This document shows positions 8,438 through 18,470 of a DNA stretch of 57,236 bases, piece by piece (position 1 is the stretch's first letter; the number at the start of each line of letters is the position of its first letter). Made by a program: the position numbers and the translations under genes. A model generated the notes under the pieces. It searched no databases. It was not told the DNA's origin and was given only the letters and a program-made list of their open reading frames with translations. Source of the DNA: Candidatus Burarchaeum australiense (lineage in GTDB: Archaea; Micrarchaeota; Micrarchaeia; Burarchaeales; Burarchaeaceae); NCBI GenBank assembly GCA_902386535.1, contig CABMJK010000014.1, forward strand, positions 1 through 57,236. The letters are read 5' to 3'.

Positions 8438-9262
8438 TCATCTCAGCGCATAAGGCGCAAACAAGAGCAGCAATCCGAGCGCGAGCAGAACCGCTCCGCC
8501 GAAGAGCCTCAAAATCTTCGCGCCCTTCCGTTCTCCCGCTTCCCCTGCCAGCCGCCCTTTCCCGCGCCCGAAGCCCCGCAAACTCAGCAGCCCCGCGCCA
8601 ACCGCGGCCAGGCCAGCAATCACGGCGAGCGGATGAACGTAGCCGAGCAGCACCGTTTCCCCGGGCCAGCCGCTGAAGAGTAGCAGGCCGAGTATCGCGG
8701 CAGCCAGAACAAAAGCACCCACCATTAGCGAAATTCTCCTCCTGTCGCCCAGCACCATCGCCAGCGCCACCAAATAGGCAAGCACCCACAACGCGCTCGC
8801 GAGTGGCGGCAGCGAACCTGGCCCTGCGGAAGCCACGCCGCCCTCAGCCCTCTCGACCGCAGCCTCAATCTTCGCCGCATTCTCGGCATTGAAGCCTATG
8901 AAAACGCTCCCGCCCACGAAAGTGGTGGGCGTGTAAAGCTCATCCGCCGGCATTCCTGCCTCATTCAGCCTGGCAGCGAGCAGCACCTGCTCGTTGGGCA
9001 GCGTCAAGTCATGCATTATGATTGTAAGGTTCGGGTGCCTCTCCACCAGCCCCGCGTGGAACTGCATCTGGTCATGGCAGTGCGGGCAGGTGGGCATGTA
9101 GAAGAAGTCCATCACCACCTCGCCGGGCGTGCGGTAATACTGCTGGGGCGAGGCGGGCGCCTGTACGAACAGGAGGTATGCGCCGACAAGCAGCAGCCCC
9201 AGCACCAGATAGAGGTGGAACCTGTCCGCCAGGAAACGCTTCACGTCTTTCAAACCGGGCAT
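8438..9262 (-). CDS. membrane-bound thioredoxin-fold protein (CPHC)
   Basis: N-terminal TM helix, a MPTCPHCHDQ redox motif in a thioredoxin/glutaredoxin-like segment, then several C-terminal TM helices. Confidence 0.7.
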   Translation of the reverse strand: MPGLKDVKRFLADRFHLYLVLGLLLVGAYLLFVQAPASPQQYYRTPGEVVMDFFYMPTCPHCHDQMQFHAGLVERHPNLTIIMHDLTLPNEQVLLAARLNEAGMPADELYTPTTFVGGSVFIGFNAENAAKIEAAVERAEGGVASAGPGSLPPLASALWVLAYLVALAMVLGDRRRISLMVGAFVLAAAILGLLLFSGWPGETVLLGYVHPLAVIAGLAAVGAGLLSLRGFGRGKGRLAGEAGERKGAKILRLFGGAVLLALGLLLLFAPYALR

Positions 9263-9421
9263 GCATTAGCACCGCAATCACAAGTTTAAATCTTTGCGGC
9301 CAACAATTTTGCCGGGAGCGAGGCCGAGGCAAGTTCATGGTCGACGAGGAGGTAGTGTGCGTAATCGAGAAGGCACCGTGCAGCATCGGGGAAGCACCGT
9401 GCATAATCTAGGAGGCTGGCG

Positions 9422-10936
9422 ATGGTCAATGAGGAAGTGCTGCGCATAGTCGCGGAAGCTGGCATGAGGCTCAGCGCAGAAGCTGCCCAGATGCTCGACA
9501 AGATGGACGACGCCACGAGCGTCGTGCGCAAGCTCGCGGAAGGCGAGAAGGACGAGTTCATAATCACGGCTGGGCTGCTGCATAAATACGCGGAAAGGGA
9601 AAGGCCCGCCGAGGAGACGAAAATCCCCCTGCCAGTCGAGGTCTACCGCTCGCCGGACTTCAAGCCCGAGGCAGCGGAGCACGAGTCCGACCTCCTCATC
9701 GAGTCCGCCAGCGAGGTGGTCGCCGACACGCCGCGGCCCGGCACGCTCGACAATTTCGTGGAATATTTCAACGACAGGTTCAGGCGCACGCGCTCGATTT
9801 TGCACAGCCGGCCCGGCGAGAATTCCATACAGTCAATAGCCTCGGTCATGGGCATGGTGAAGGGCTCGAAGGCCCGGGTGGCCGGCATAGTGAACGGCAA
9901 GCACATAACCAAGAACGGCAACCTGCTCATAGACATCGAGGACGACACCGGGCCGGCAAAAGTCCTGGTGACCAACCGCGACTCGAACCACGCGCTCTTC
10001 GCTGACGCGAACTGCCTCGTGCTGGACGAGGTCGTGGGCTTCGACTGCTCTGTCTCTGCACCCTTCCTTTTCGCCAACACGCTGCTCTGGCCCGACGTGC
10101 CCATCCGCAACCCGAAGATGTCCGAGCGCGACCTCTCCATCGCATTTCTCTCCGACGTGCACGTGGCCAGCCGCCATTTCCTCGAACCGCAGTTCAAGTC
10201 CATGCTGCAATGGCTCAACGGCGACGGCAAGACCCCGCGCGAGCGCGAGATGGCCGGCAGGATAAAATACCTGGTGATGTCTGGCGACCTGGTGGACGGC
10301 ATCGGCATCTACCCCTCCCAGGAGCGCGAGCTCGTGGTCAAGGACATTTACGAGCAGTACCGGCTCTTCGGCAAGTTCATGGAGGACGTGCCGGACTACA
10401 TAGAAATAGTGCTGGCGCCGGGCAACCATGACGCGGTGCGCCGGGCCGAGCCGCAGCCGGCCTTCAGCGAGGACATCCAGAAGGAAATCAACGGCCCCTC
10501 GCGGGGCAACATGCACTTCACCACCTCGCCTTCCACGATGATGATAGAGGGCCTGCGCGTAATCTCCTACCACGGCACCTCGCTCGACTCGATGATAGCC
10601 TCGATGCCCGGCATGAGCTACTCGCAGCCCGAGAAGCCGATGACCGAGCTGCTCAAGCGCCGCAACCTCTCGCCCATCTACGGCGAAAACCCCATAGTGC
10701 CCGAGAAAAAGGACTTCATGGTCATAGGCGAGGTGCCCGACATCCTGGTCATGGGCCACATACACAAGAATGGCTACACGAACTACCACGGCACTTCGGT
10801 CATAAACGCGGGCACGTGGCAGGACCGCACGGACTTCCAGCGCCAACAGGGCCACATGCCGAGCCCGTGCATAATGCCAATCTTCAACACGCGCTATGCG
10901 CGCCTTGACCTGGTGAACTTCCGCGAGGGAACGTAG
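9422..10936 (+). CDS. polB: DNA polymerase II (PolD) small subunit DP1
   Basis: Calcineurin-like phosphoesterase motifs (FLSDVHVAS, GDLVDG, GNHD, GHIHK) with an OB-like middle region. It lies directly upstream of DP2. Confidence 0.9.
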   Translation: MVNEEVLRIVAEAGMRLSAEAAQMLDKMDDATSVVRKLAEGEKDEFIITAGLLHKYAERERPAEETKIPLPVEVYRSPDFKPEAAEHESDLLIESASEVVADTPRPGTLDNFVEYFNDRFRRTRSILHSRPGENSIQSIASVMGMVKGSKARVAGIVNGKHITKNGNLLIDIEDDTGPAKVLVTNRDSNHALFADANCLVLDEVVGFDCSVSAPFLFANTLLWPDVPIRNPKMSERDLSIAFLSDVHVASRHFLEPQFKSMLQWLNGDGKTPREREMAGRIKYLVMSGDLVDGIGIYPSQERELVVKDIYEQYRLFGKFMEDVPDYIEIVLAPGNHDAVRRAEPQPAFSEDIQKEINGPSRGNMHFTTSPSTMMIEGLRVISYHGTSLDSMIASMPGMSYSQPEKPMTELLKRRNLSPIYGENPIVPEKKDFMVIGEVPDILVMGHIHKNGYTNYHGTSVINAGTWQDRTDFQRQQGHMPSPCIMPIFNTRYARLDLVNFREGT

Positions 10937-10945
10937 GCTGATAGC

Positions 10946-13900
10946 ATGACCAACGACATACCTGCATACCATGCGCTCCTTCAGAGCAATTTCGAGAAGG
11001 CCTACATCGAGGCCATCAAGGCGCGCACGCGCGGCCTCGACCCGAGCTCCGAGGTCGAAATCCTACCCGCGCGGGACGTGGCTGAGCGCGTGCAGGGAAT
11101 CGTCGGGCCGGCGGGCGTGGCGCTGGGCATACGCGCGCACGCCGACAAGCCGCCCGAAATGATAGCCTACGAGGTGGCGAAGGAAATCCTGGACGCGAAA
11201 TACGCGAAGACGGACGCGGAGCGCAGGCCCGAGAAGCTCATCGAGCAGTCCATACGCACCGCGGTCGCGATTCTCACCGAAGGCGTGCTGGTCGCGCCCA
11301 CGGAAGGCATCACAAAAGTAAAAATACGCGAGAACCCGGACGGCTCGAACTATCTGGCAATGTATTTCTCCGGCCCCATCAGGGCGGCAGGCGGCACGGT
11401 CGCGGCGCTCAGCGTCGTGATAGGCGACATCGCGCGCCGCAGGTTCAACATCAGCGACTTCAGGCCCACTGACAGCGAGGTCGAGCGCTACGTGGAGGAA
11501 ATAAACCTCTACGATGCGCGCGCCATCAGGCTCCAGTACATGCCGAGCGATGAGGAAATCCAGACAATAGTCCGCAACTGCCCAGTGATGATTACTGGCG
11601 ACCCAACGGAAAAAAGGCTCGAAGTAGCGGTGCACAAGGGTCTTGAGCGCATGGAGGGGGACCGCGTGCGCGGCGGCATGTGCCTCGTAATCAGCGAGAT
11701 GTGCCAGAAGGCGGCCAAGGTTATGAAGTTCACCAAGAAAATCAGCCTCGACTGGACCTGGCTCGAGCGCATAGTGAAGGTGGGCAAGCGCGATGGCAAG
11801 AGCGTCGGCCGCGGGGTCGAGGAAATTTATCTGGATGATGTGGCCGCGGGCAGGCCCATAATAGCCTACCCCTCGCGCAAGGGCGGCTTCAGACTGCGCT
11901 ACGGTCGGTGCCGCACGAGCGGCATAGCCGGCAAGGCGATTCATCCCGCGACCATGGAGCTTCTGGACGAATTCATAGTCATCGGCACGCAGATGAAGGT
12001 CGAAAGGCCCGGCAAGGGCTGCGTTGCGGCCTCCTGCGATTCCATTGACGGCCCGACGGTAAAGCTCAGCAACGGCTCGGTGCGGAAAATCTCGACCTAT
12101 GCCGAGGCACTCGCGGTCAGGAAGGACGTGGAGTCGATAATCGCGCTCGGCGACATCCTGATAGCCTACGGCGATTTCGCAAAAGCCAACCATCCGCTGC
12201 CGCCCAGCGCCTGGTGCGAGGAATGGTGGGCGCTCGAGCTAAAGGAAAAAGGCGCAACTCCGCCGGCGAAAATTCCGAACGCAGCGGACGCAATCAAGAT
12301 CAGCGAACGGCACGAAGTGCCGCTTCACCCTGCCTACACCTTCCGCTGGCACGACATAACGAGCACGCAGCTGCGCGAACTCGCGGACTGGTTCGCGGGC
12401 AGCGGAAAGCTCAAGTACGACTTCTTCACGCTCAAGGAAATGCGCGTGCAGGGCTCGCCCGCCAAGGCGGTGCTCGAGGACCTGTGCATTCCGCACGAGG
12501 TGCAGGAAGGCGACATAGTGCTGGATGCCGAAAATTCGCTCGCGGTTTTGCGGTGCATGGGCCTGCTGAAGGGCCGCTCCATCTCGCTCGAGGACTTCAA
12601 CGCGAAGTTTGACGAAAAGCTTTCGGCTCTCGAGCTGGTCAACCGCCTGGCCGGCATACAGGTGCGCGCCTACGCGCCCACCTACATCGGGGCGCGCATG
12701 GGCAGGCCCGAGAAGGCGAAGCAGCGCGAGATGAAGCCCGCGCCCCACGTGCTCTTCCCCATCGGCGACGCGGGCGGCAAGCTGCGCAGCATCTCGAAAG
12801 CCTACAGGGATGGCGAGCACGCGCGCAAGCCGAGCGTCGAGCTCATGCGCAGGAAGTGCGCCAAGTGCAACGAGATTACCTCCTATCTGACCTGCCCCAA
12901 GTGCAACTCGGAAACAATCGAAGAGCGCATCTGCCCCAAGTGCGGCAAGACCGGCACCTCCGAACTCTGCTCCTGCGGCACGACCACGACCAAGGCCGAC
13001 GAAAGGCCCATAGACGTGCGCGCACTCCTGAAGCAGGCAATAGAAAAGTGCGGCTTCGAGCCCACCGAGCTCAAGGGCGTGAAGGGCATGATGAGCGCCT
13101 CGAAAATTCCGGAGCGGCTCGAGAAGGGCATACTGCGCGCAAAGCACAAGATAAGCGTCTACAAGGATGGCACCGTGCGCTTCGACGCCACCAACATGGT
13201 GCTCACGCACTTCACCCCGCGCGAAGTCGGCACGCCCATCGAGAAGCTGAAGGAGCTAGGCTACACGCAGGATTACGAGGGCAAGCCGCTCACGGGCGAC
13301 GACCAGCTGCTCGAGCTCATGCCCCAGGATCTGCTGCTCAGCGAGAACGGCGGCGACTACCTCACGCGCGTGGCGCAGTTCATCGATGACCTCCTTTCCA
13401 AGGTCTACGATGTCGGGCCCTTCTACAAAATCTCCTCGCGCGCCGAGCTCGTCGGCCACCTGGTTGTCGGCCTCTCGCCCCACACTTCCTGCGGAGTGCT
13501 CTCGCGCATAGTCGGCTTCACGAAAGCGTTCGTGGGCTACGCGCATCCCTATCTGACGAGCGCCAGGAGGCGCAACTGCGACGGCGACGAGGACTCGTGC
13601 ATGCTCCTCCTGGACGCCCTCCTGAACTTCTCTCCCTCCTTCCTGCCCGCCTCGCGCGGCGGCACGATGGATGCGCCCATAGTCCTGACAGTTCTCCTGG
13701 ACCCGAAGGAAGTCGACGACGAGGTGCACGCCATGGAATGTGTCTCCGCCTTCTCGCTTCCCTTCTACCGCGCAACGCTCGAGAACAAGATGCCCGGCGA
13801 AGTCGAGGTTGAGCAGGTAAGGAGCAGGCTCGGCAAGCCGTCGCAATTCTACGACATCCGCTTCACCCACATGGAAAGCTCGATTCACGATGCGCCCCTG

Positions 13901-14335
13901 CGCTCGGCCTACGTTCTCATAGGCAGCATGGCCGACAAGGTGGAGGCGCAATTCAACCTGTGCGACAAGATTCGCGCCGTGGATGCGGCGGATGCGGCGA
14001 ACCGCGTGATTCTCACGCACTTCCTGCCGGACCTCTACGGCAACCTCAGCCGCTTCTCGCGCCAGGAGTTCAGGTGCGTGGAGTGCAACACGAAATACCG
14101 GCGCGTGCCGCTCTCGGGCAAGTGCACCCGCGAAGGCTGCGGCGGCAAGCTGCTGCTCACCATAAGCAAGGGCAGCGTGTCAAAATACCTGAAGCTCGCC
14201 AAGCACCTCATCGACCGCTACCATCTGCCCAACTACATGAGCCAGCGCATCCTTCTTTTGGAGCAGAGCATAGGCATGGTCTTCAGGCCAGAGGAGGAAA
14301 AGGAGAAGCAGTTCAACCTGGAAGCGTTTATGTAA
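10946..14335 (+). CDS. polC: DNA polymerase II (PolD) large subunit DP2
   Basis: 1129 aa. Conserved DP2 stretches (GGFRLRYGRCRTSG, IGARMGRPEKA, multiple Cys4 clusters, SPHTS...NCDGDED). No intein-sized insert. Confidence 0.95.
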   Translation: MTNDIPAYHALLQSNFEKAYIEAIKARTRGLDPSSEVEILPARDVAERVQGIVGPAGVALGIRAHADKPPEMIAYEVAKEILDAKYAKTDAERRPEKLIEQSIRTAVAILTEGVLVAPTEGITKVKIRENPDGSNYLAMYFSGPIRAAGGTVAALSVVIGDIARRRFNISDFRPTDSEVERYVEEINLYDARAIRLQYMPSDEEIQTIVRNCPVMITGDPTEKRLEVAVHKGLERMEGDRVRGGMCLVISEMCQKAAKVMKFTKKISLDWTWLERIVKVGKRDGKSVGRGVEEIYLDDVAAGRPIIAYPSRKGGFRLRYGRCRTSGIAGKAIHPATMELLDEFIVIGTQMKVERPGKGCVAASCDSIDGPTVKLSNGSVRKISTYAEALAVRKDVESIIALGDILIAYGDFAKANHPLPPSAWCEEWWALELKEKGATPPAKIPNAADAIKISERHEVPLHPAYTFRWHDITSTQLRELADWFAGSGKLKYDFFTLKEMRVQGSPAKAVLEDLCIPHEVQEGDIVLDAENSLAVLRCMGLLKGRSISLEDFNAKFDEKLSALELVNRLAGIQVRAYAPTYIGARMGRPEKAKQREMKPAPHVLFPIGDAGGKLRSISKAYRDGEHARKPSVELMRRKCAKCNEITSYLTCPKCNSETIEERICPKCGKTGTSELCSCGTTTTKADERPIDVRALLKQAIEKCGFEPTELKGVKGMMSASKIPERLEKGILRAKHKISVYKDGTVRFDATNMVLTHFTPREVGTPIEKLKELGYTQDYEGKPLTGDDQLLELMPQDLLLSENGGDYLTRVAQFIDDLLSKVYDVGPFYKISSRAELVGHLVVGLSPHTSCGVLSRIVGFTKAFVGYAHPYLTSARRRNCDGDEDSCMLLLDALLNFSPSFLPASRGGTMDAPIVLTVLLDPKEVDDEVHAMECVSAFSLPFYRATLENKMPGEVEVEQVRSRLGKPSQFYDIRFTHMESSIHDAPLRSAYVLIGSMADKVEAQFNLCDKIRAVDAADAANRVILTHFLPDLYGNLSRFSRQEFRCVECNTKYRRVPLSGKCTREGCGGKLLLTISKGSVSKYLKLAKHLIDRYHLPNYMSQRILLLEQSIGMVFRPEEEKEKQFNLEAFM

Positions 14336-14362
14336 ATTTAGCCTTTCAGTCCCCTAGTCCTC

Positions 14363-15148
14363 TCACGCACTTTTGTCAACCTTTCTTCCGAGCGCGTCCC
14401 TTGCATACATGAAAATATACTGCTGCGCATAGCCCGCGTGCCTGCCCCATCTCTTCCTCGCGTACTCGGCAATATTCTTCTCGCCCTTCACTCCATACAG
14501 TTTATGCATCGCCCTCTTCACCCACACGTCGGCGGGGAAGGCCTCGTCCTTCCCATAGGCAAACAAAAGCACGCAGTCCGCGACCTTGGGCCCCACGCCC
14601 GGCAGCCTCATGAGCTGCTCCTTGGCCTCGTCATAAGTAAGATAGTTCAGCCTGCCCAGGTGCACCTCGCCATCGCTCACCATCTTGGCGGTCTCGGTCA
14701 GATACCTTGCCCTGAAGCCGAGTGACTTCGGCAGCTCCGCGCGCGCAATTTCCTCGGGCTCCTTTATCCACCCATCCTCATTCATGAGCTTCTGCACGTC
14801 CTTCCTTATCTGGGGGATGTTCCTGTTTATCGAGCAAATGTAAGTCACGAGCGTTTCCCAGGCCTCGCTCTTGGTGAGCCTCAGCCCCGAATAGCGCCTC
14901 ACGGCCTCGGCCAGATGCCTGTCAGCTATAAGGTTCGCGTAAACCCTGCCCAAATCGTCGTCGGCCCTGAGAAGCCTGCGCGCCACCCAGCCAAAGCCCG
15001 GCGTCACCTTCACCTTGTCGCCTGCCTGCCAAATCTCGCACCGCTTGCCGTCGATGAGGCGCCAGTACTTTTCGCCCTGCTTCCTCCAGGTGAAGTGCGG
15101 AGGCTGTCCGCTCTCCATGGTCAACTTGAGGTTCACGCCGCCTTCCAT
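14363..15148 (-). CDS. ogg: HhH-GPD N-glycosylase/DNA lyase (Ogg-type)
   Basis: LPGVGPKVADCVLLFAYGKDEAFPADVWVKR is the helix-hairpin-helix GPD motif with the catalytic Lys and Asp. Confidence 0.8.
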   Translation of the reverse strand: MEGGVNLKLTMESGQPPHFTWRKQGEKYWRLIDGKRCEIWQAGDKVKVTPGFGWVARRLLRADDDLGRVYANLIADRHLAEAVRRYSGLRLTKSEAWETLVTYICSINRNIPQIRKDVQKLMNEDGWIKEPEEIARAELPKSLGFRARYLTETAKMVSDGEVHLGRLNYLTYDEAKEQLMRLPGVGPKVADCVLLFAYGKDEAFPADVWVKRAMHKLYGVKGEKNIAEYARKRWGRHAGYAQQYIFMYARDALGRKVDKSA

Positions 15149-15222
15149 GCGTTAATTTTGGCGCTTCAGGTATTTAAGCCGAATCCTGCGCGCCGGGCAC
15201 CGCAACTCCCCGTTCTGCCGTC

Positions 15223-16341
15223 CTACTGCTGCTGCCCAAACGGCCTGCAAGCACTGACGCTAGTCGCGCATCCCTGGCTGTTGGATTCCACGCCAAAGTC
15301 CATCTGCTCGGAAATGCACACGGCAGCGGCCTGCACCAGCGCATCCGAAGGCGCGGGGCACGAAGGCGCCTGCATGTCCTTCAGGCGGTTAAGCGCCCTT
15401 TGCTCGGGCAGCCAGCACTCGTACCTGGTCACGCATCCCTTGTCATCGTTCATGCCCTGGATTGTTCCATTCTGGCTTTCGCACGCCTGCGCATTGCTCG
15501 GCCATGGCACGTAGCTGCACTTCACCACGTCAAGGCACTGGCTGACGGACACGACGCCCGAGGCCTCGTGCGAGAACGATTTCATAGTCCAGCTCGGCCC
15601 GCCCTGCTCCTGGTCATAGCCGACCGCGACTACGAAAGGCAGCGGCATCTCGTTGCTCATCCCGGCCACGCATATGCTGTAGGTGCCGCTGTAGCCTGCA
15701 GCGCTCTTCTCAGCCAGCCTGAACTCCGTGCACGGCACGGGGTAGTTCGTCAGGGTCTTGCCCGTCTTCACAATGGAATAATTCGAAAGCGAACTCATGC
15801 TCTCCACGTTCTTCAATATCGTGGGCTCGCTCGAGTTCCACACCGCGTCTGTCACGAAGTTCTTCCCGCCAAGGTTGAAGATGTCGTTCAGCGTCAGGTA
15901 TATCTCGAAGTTCTGCGCTGTCGAGCGGAGGTCGTCGAAGGCGAGCTCGGACTCGGACTTCCACTCGCTCGCAGCGAACTCGCCGTTATCCAGATACACG
16001 GTGACCTTTGACCATGCGTTGTTTCCCTGCCCCTGCGAAATTTTTTGCACCCCGACCAGCGCATCCCTGCCATTGCAAGTCATCTTCTTCTCAAGCCACA
16101 ATGTCATGTCAACATTCCTGCCTGGCCCGCTCATGTCGGGAACCTGATAGTCCATCTTTATGGGCGAGAAAGTGACTGCCGGCGGCGTTGGCGTAGTCGT
16201 CACGGGCGGCTGGGTTACGGGCGGGGTCGCAGGTGGCGTTGTAGCGGGCGGAGTGCTCGGCTGCCCGCCTGAACAACCCAGAAGCAAAAGCGAAACTAAC
16301 AGAAGCGCAAAAATCTTCACGTAATTCGAATTCCCGTTCAT
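15223..16341 (-). CDS. secreted/lipobox protein with PT-rich linker, Cys-rich C-terminus
   Basis: Signal peptide ending LLLLGCSGG, followed by a TPPATTPPATPPVTQPPVTTTPTPP linker. Confidence 0.6.
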   Translation of the reverse strand: MNGNSNYVKIFALLLVSLLLLGCSGGQPSTPPATTPPATPPVTQPPVTTTPTPPAVTFSPIKMDYQVPDMSGPGRNVDMTLWLEKKMTCNGRDALVGVQKISQGQGNNAWSKVTVYLDNGEFAASEWKSESELAFDDLRSTAQNFEIYLTLNDIFNLGGKNFVTDAVWNSSEPTILKNVESMSSLSNYSIVKTGKTLTNYPVPCTEFRLAEKSAAGYSGTYSICVAGMSNEMPLPFVVAVGYDQEQGGPSWTMKSFSHEASGVVSVSQCLDVVKCSYVPWPSNAQACESQNGTIQGMNDDKGCVTRYECWLPEQRALNRLKDMQAPSCPAPSDALVQAAAVCISEQMDFGVESNSQGCATSVSACRPFGQQQ

Positions 16342-16393
16342 GCCACCACCCCGACGACAGCGTATCGTGCGCAGGTAATAAAAAGATATGGCC

Positions 16394-16876
16394 CTACTCC
16401 GCCTCTTTTACTGTAATTACGAAAAGCCCCAGCAAAGTTGCGGCAGCGGTAATTGCGGCAGACCTCACCGCGCTCATGCCAACCTGCACGCCAATATTCT
16501 GCGCCAATTCCCACGCATTGATAAACGCCCACTCAATCGGCGTGCCGAACAGGCCAAGTGCAGAGGAGGCAAGCGCCAGCCCATAATACAGCGCAGCGGC
16601 CACGAGGCCGTAAAGCCCGCCGGCCAGCGCGCCCTTCAGGACAGTCCCGCGATATGTCGAAGCCACGCGCCATCCCACGTAGAGCGGCACGACATACCAC
16701 ACCACCCAGGCCGCAGTTTTTATCTCCCCCTCATAATTCGCAAACTGCCGCAAAAGGACGGCCATGAGGAAAATCCACGCAACCGTAAGCACCACTGGCA
16801 ACCACACTGCGCCCCAATATTCCCCAAGCGTTTTCAGCCCCTTCCCGCTCATGCAATCATCCCGCAGGCGCGCCAC
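16394..16876 (-). CDS. integral membrane protein (about 4 TM)
   Basis: Hydrophobic 160-aa ORF abutting the glyS stop. It has a GTG start, or possibly an internal Met. Confidence 0.5.
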   Translation of the reverse strand: MARLRDDCMSGKGLKTLGEYWGAVWLPVVLTVAWIFLMAVLLRQFANYEGEIKTAAWVVWYVVPLYVGWRVASTYRGTVLKGALAGGLYGLVAAALYYGLALASSALGLFGTPIEWAFINAWELAQNIGVQVGMSAVRSAAITAAATLLGLFVITVKEAE

Positions 16877-18433
16877 TCACAAACTCGTCTTCGCATCCAG
16901 TATCAGCTGCCTGATCTTCTCGCCCAGCCCCTTGATGGGCACCCTTTCCTGCCTCCCGTCATTCCTATACCTGATGGTCACGCTCCCCTTTTCCATGCTC
17001 TCGTAATCGAAAGTTATGCAGTAGGGCACGCCAATCTCGTCGGCCCTCGCATACCTCTTCCCAATCGAGCCGCTCTCATCATAATAGACTGACAGCCCCT
17101 CGTGCCTGAGCTCGCGCGCAACCAATTCGGCCTTCTCTGCCAGCCCGTCCTTCTTCATGAGCGGGAAAATGCAGGCGTCGAAGGGCGCGACAATTGGCGG
17201 GAAGTCAAACCATGCCCAGTCCCTCTTCTCCGCCCCGCCGCCCTTGCGATAGCCTTGCTCCAGAATGGCCCAGAACAGCCTGTCCACTCCGAAGGAAGGC
17301 TCGACCACGTGCGGCATGATTCTTCCAACACCCTCCAAATGCACGCTCAAATCCTGCGAGCTCGCCTTCGCATGGCTGGCCAAGTCAAAGTCGGTCCTGT
17401 AAGCCAGGCCCATCAGCTCCACCACGCCATAGCCCGACTCGACCTCGACATCGAAATTGCCCTTCGAATAGTGCGGCATCTCATTCGGCAGCAGCTGCCT
17501 GAACCAGAACTTCTCGCGCTTCAGGCCCACGGCCTCATAGAACTGCGAGGTGCGGTGCATGAAATAAGCGACAATCTCGTTCGGCACAATCTTCTTCTCC
17601 ACCAGCTCGCTGCACGAAAACTCCCTTACCCCCGTCTCGCCAGAACCTACGGTTCCGGCACCTCCCTCCATTTGCTGCATCTCCGCGGTCCTCACGCGCA
17701 CCCTTTTCTCCCTCACTTCCGCGAAATGCGGGTGCTTTGCCTCTGCCGAGTTGAAGAAATACTCGAGCTCCATCTGCGTGAACTCGCGCAGCCTCATGAG
17801 CGCCTGCCTCGGCGCAATCTCATTGCGGAAGCTCTTGCCAATCTGCCCCACGCCCAGCGGCAGCTTCGCCCCGAGCGCCCTGAAGATGCGCGGGAAGTCG
17901 GTGAAAATTCCCTGCGCCGTCTCGGGCCGCAAATAGCCTTTCTCAGCCTCGCCCGCCCCGATGCTGGTCTGGAACATCAGATTGAACCACACGACCTCTC
18001 CGTACTGTCCGCCGCACTTCCCGCACTTAATCCCTTTCTCCTTTATGAGCGCATCCATCTCGGCAGGCTTCATGCCCTCCGCCTTCTGCTTCGTCACTTC
18101 CTCAATCAGCTTGTCAGCCCGCACCCTAGTCTTGCACTTCCTGCACTGCACCATGGCATCGCCGAAATTGTCGACATGCCCGCTGGCCTTGAGCACTGGC
18201 TCGGGCAGCACGCTCGCGCTCTCAATCTCGTAGAACCCTTCGCGCCAAAGGAAAAGCTCGCGCCACGCATTCTCAATCTTCCTCTTCATCGCGGCCCCGA
18301 CCACGCCGTAGTCATAGAAGCCCGCCGTGTGCCCGTATATCTCGTTCGAGGGCATGAGGAAATTCCTTTTGAGCGCGATTTCCATGAGCTCTTCTTGCAC
18401 TTCAACAACCTCGTTCTCCCTATTGCCCGCCAT
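16877..18433 (-). CDS. glyS: glycine--tRNA ligase (archaeal/eukaryotic alpha2 type)
   Basis: FRNEIAPRQALMRLREFTQMELEYF, EPSFGVDR and an anticodon-binding C-terminus, all typical of class II GlyRS. Confidence 0.95.
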   Translation of the reverse strand: MAGNRENEVVEVQEELMEIALKRNFLMPSNEIYGHTAGFYDYGVVGAAMKRKIENAWRELFLWREGFYEIESASVLPEPVLKASGHVDNFGDAMVQCRKCKTRVRADKLIEEVTKQKAEGMKPAEMDALIKEKGIKCGKCGGQYGEVVWFNLMFQTSIGAGEAEKGYLRPETAQGIFTDFPRIFRALGAKLPLGVGQIGKSFRNEIAPRQALMRLREFTQMELEYFFNSAEAKHPHFAEVREKRVRVRTAEMQQMEGGAGTVGSGETGVREFSCSELVEKKIVPNEIVAYFMHRTSQFYEAVGLKREKFWFRQLLPNEMPHYSKGNFDVEVESGYGVVELMGLAYRTDFDLASHAKASSQDLSVHLEGVGRIMPHVVEPSFGVDRLFWAILEQGYRKGGGAEKRDWAWFDFPPIVAPFDACIFPLMKKDGLAEKAELVARELRHEGLSVYYDESGSIGKRYARADEIGVPYCITFDYESMEKGSVTIRYRNDGRQERVPIKGLGEKIRQLILDAKTSL

Positions 18434-18470
18434 AAATTAAAAAGCATTCGAGGCGCACCCGGCTGGCAGC

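Noticed and set aside
9357-9410. GTGC(G/A)(T/G/A)(A/C)ATC-type short repeats upstream of PolD as possible origin recognition boxes
   Set aside because: There is no orc1/cdc6 gene nearby, no AT-rich unwinding element and no long inverted ORB pairs. The repeats are better explained as a duplicated gene start with an internal 21-nt tandem.
9833-13210. Several 320-380-aa minus-strand ORFs (9833..10972, 11063..12193, 12239..13210) over the PolD genes
   Set aside because: Antisense to the highly conserved DP1 and DP2 genes. This is a GC-rich open-frame artefact.
10946-14335. Inteins in PolD large subunit (also considered for RpoA' and EF-2)
   Set aside because: Protein lengths are normal, and no intein-like block (C/S...HN-C/S/T) interrupts the conserved motifs.
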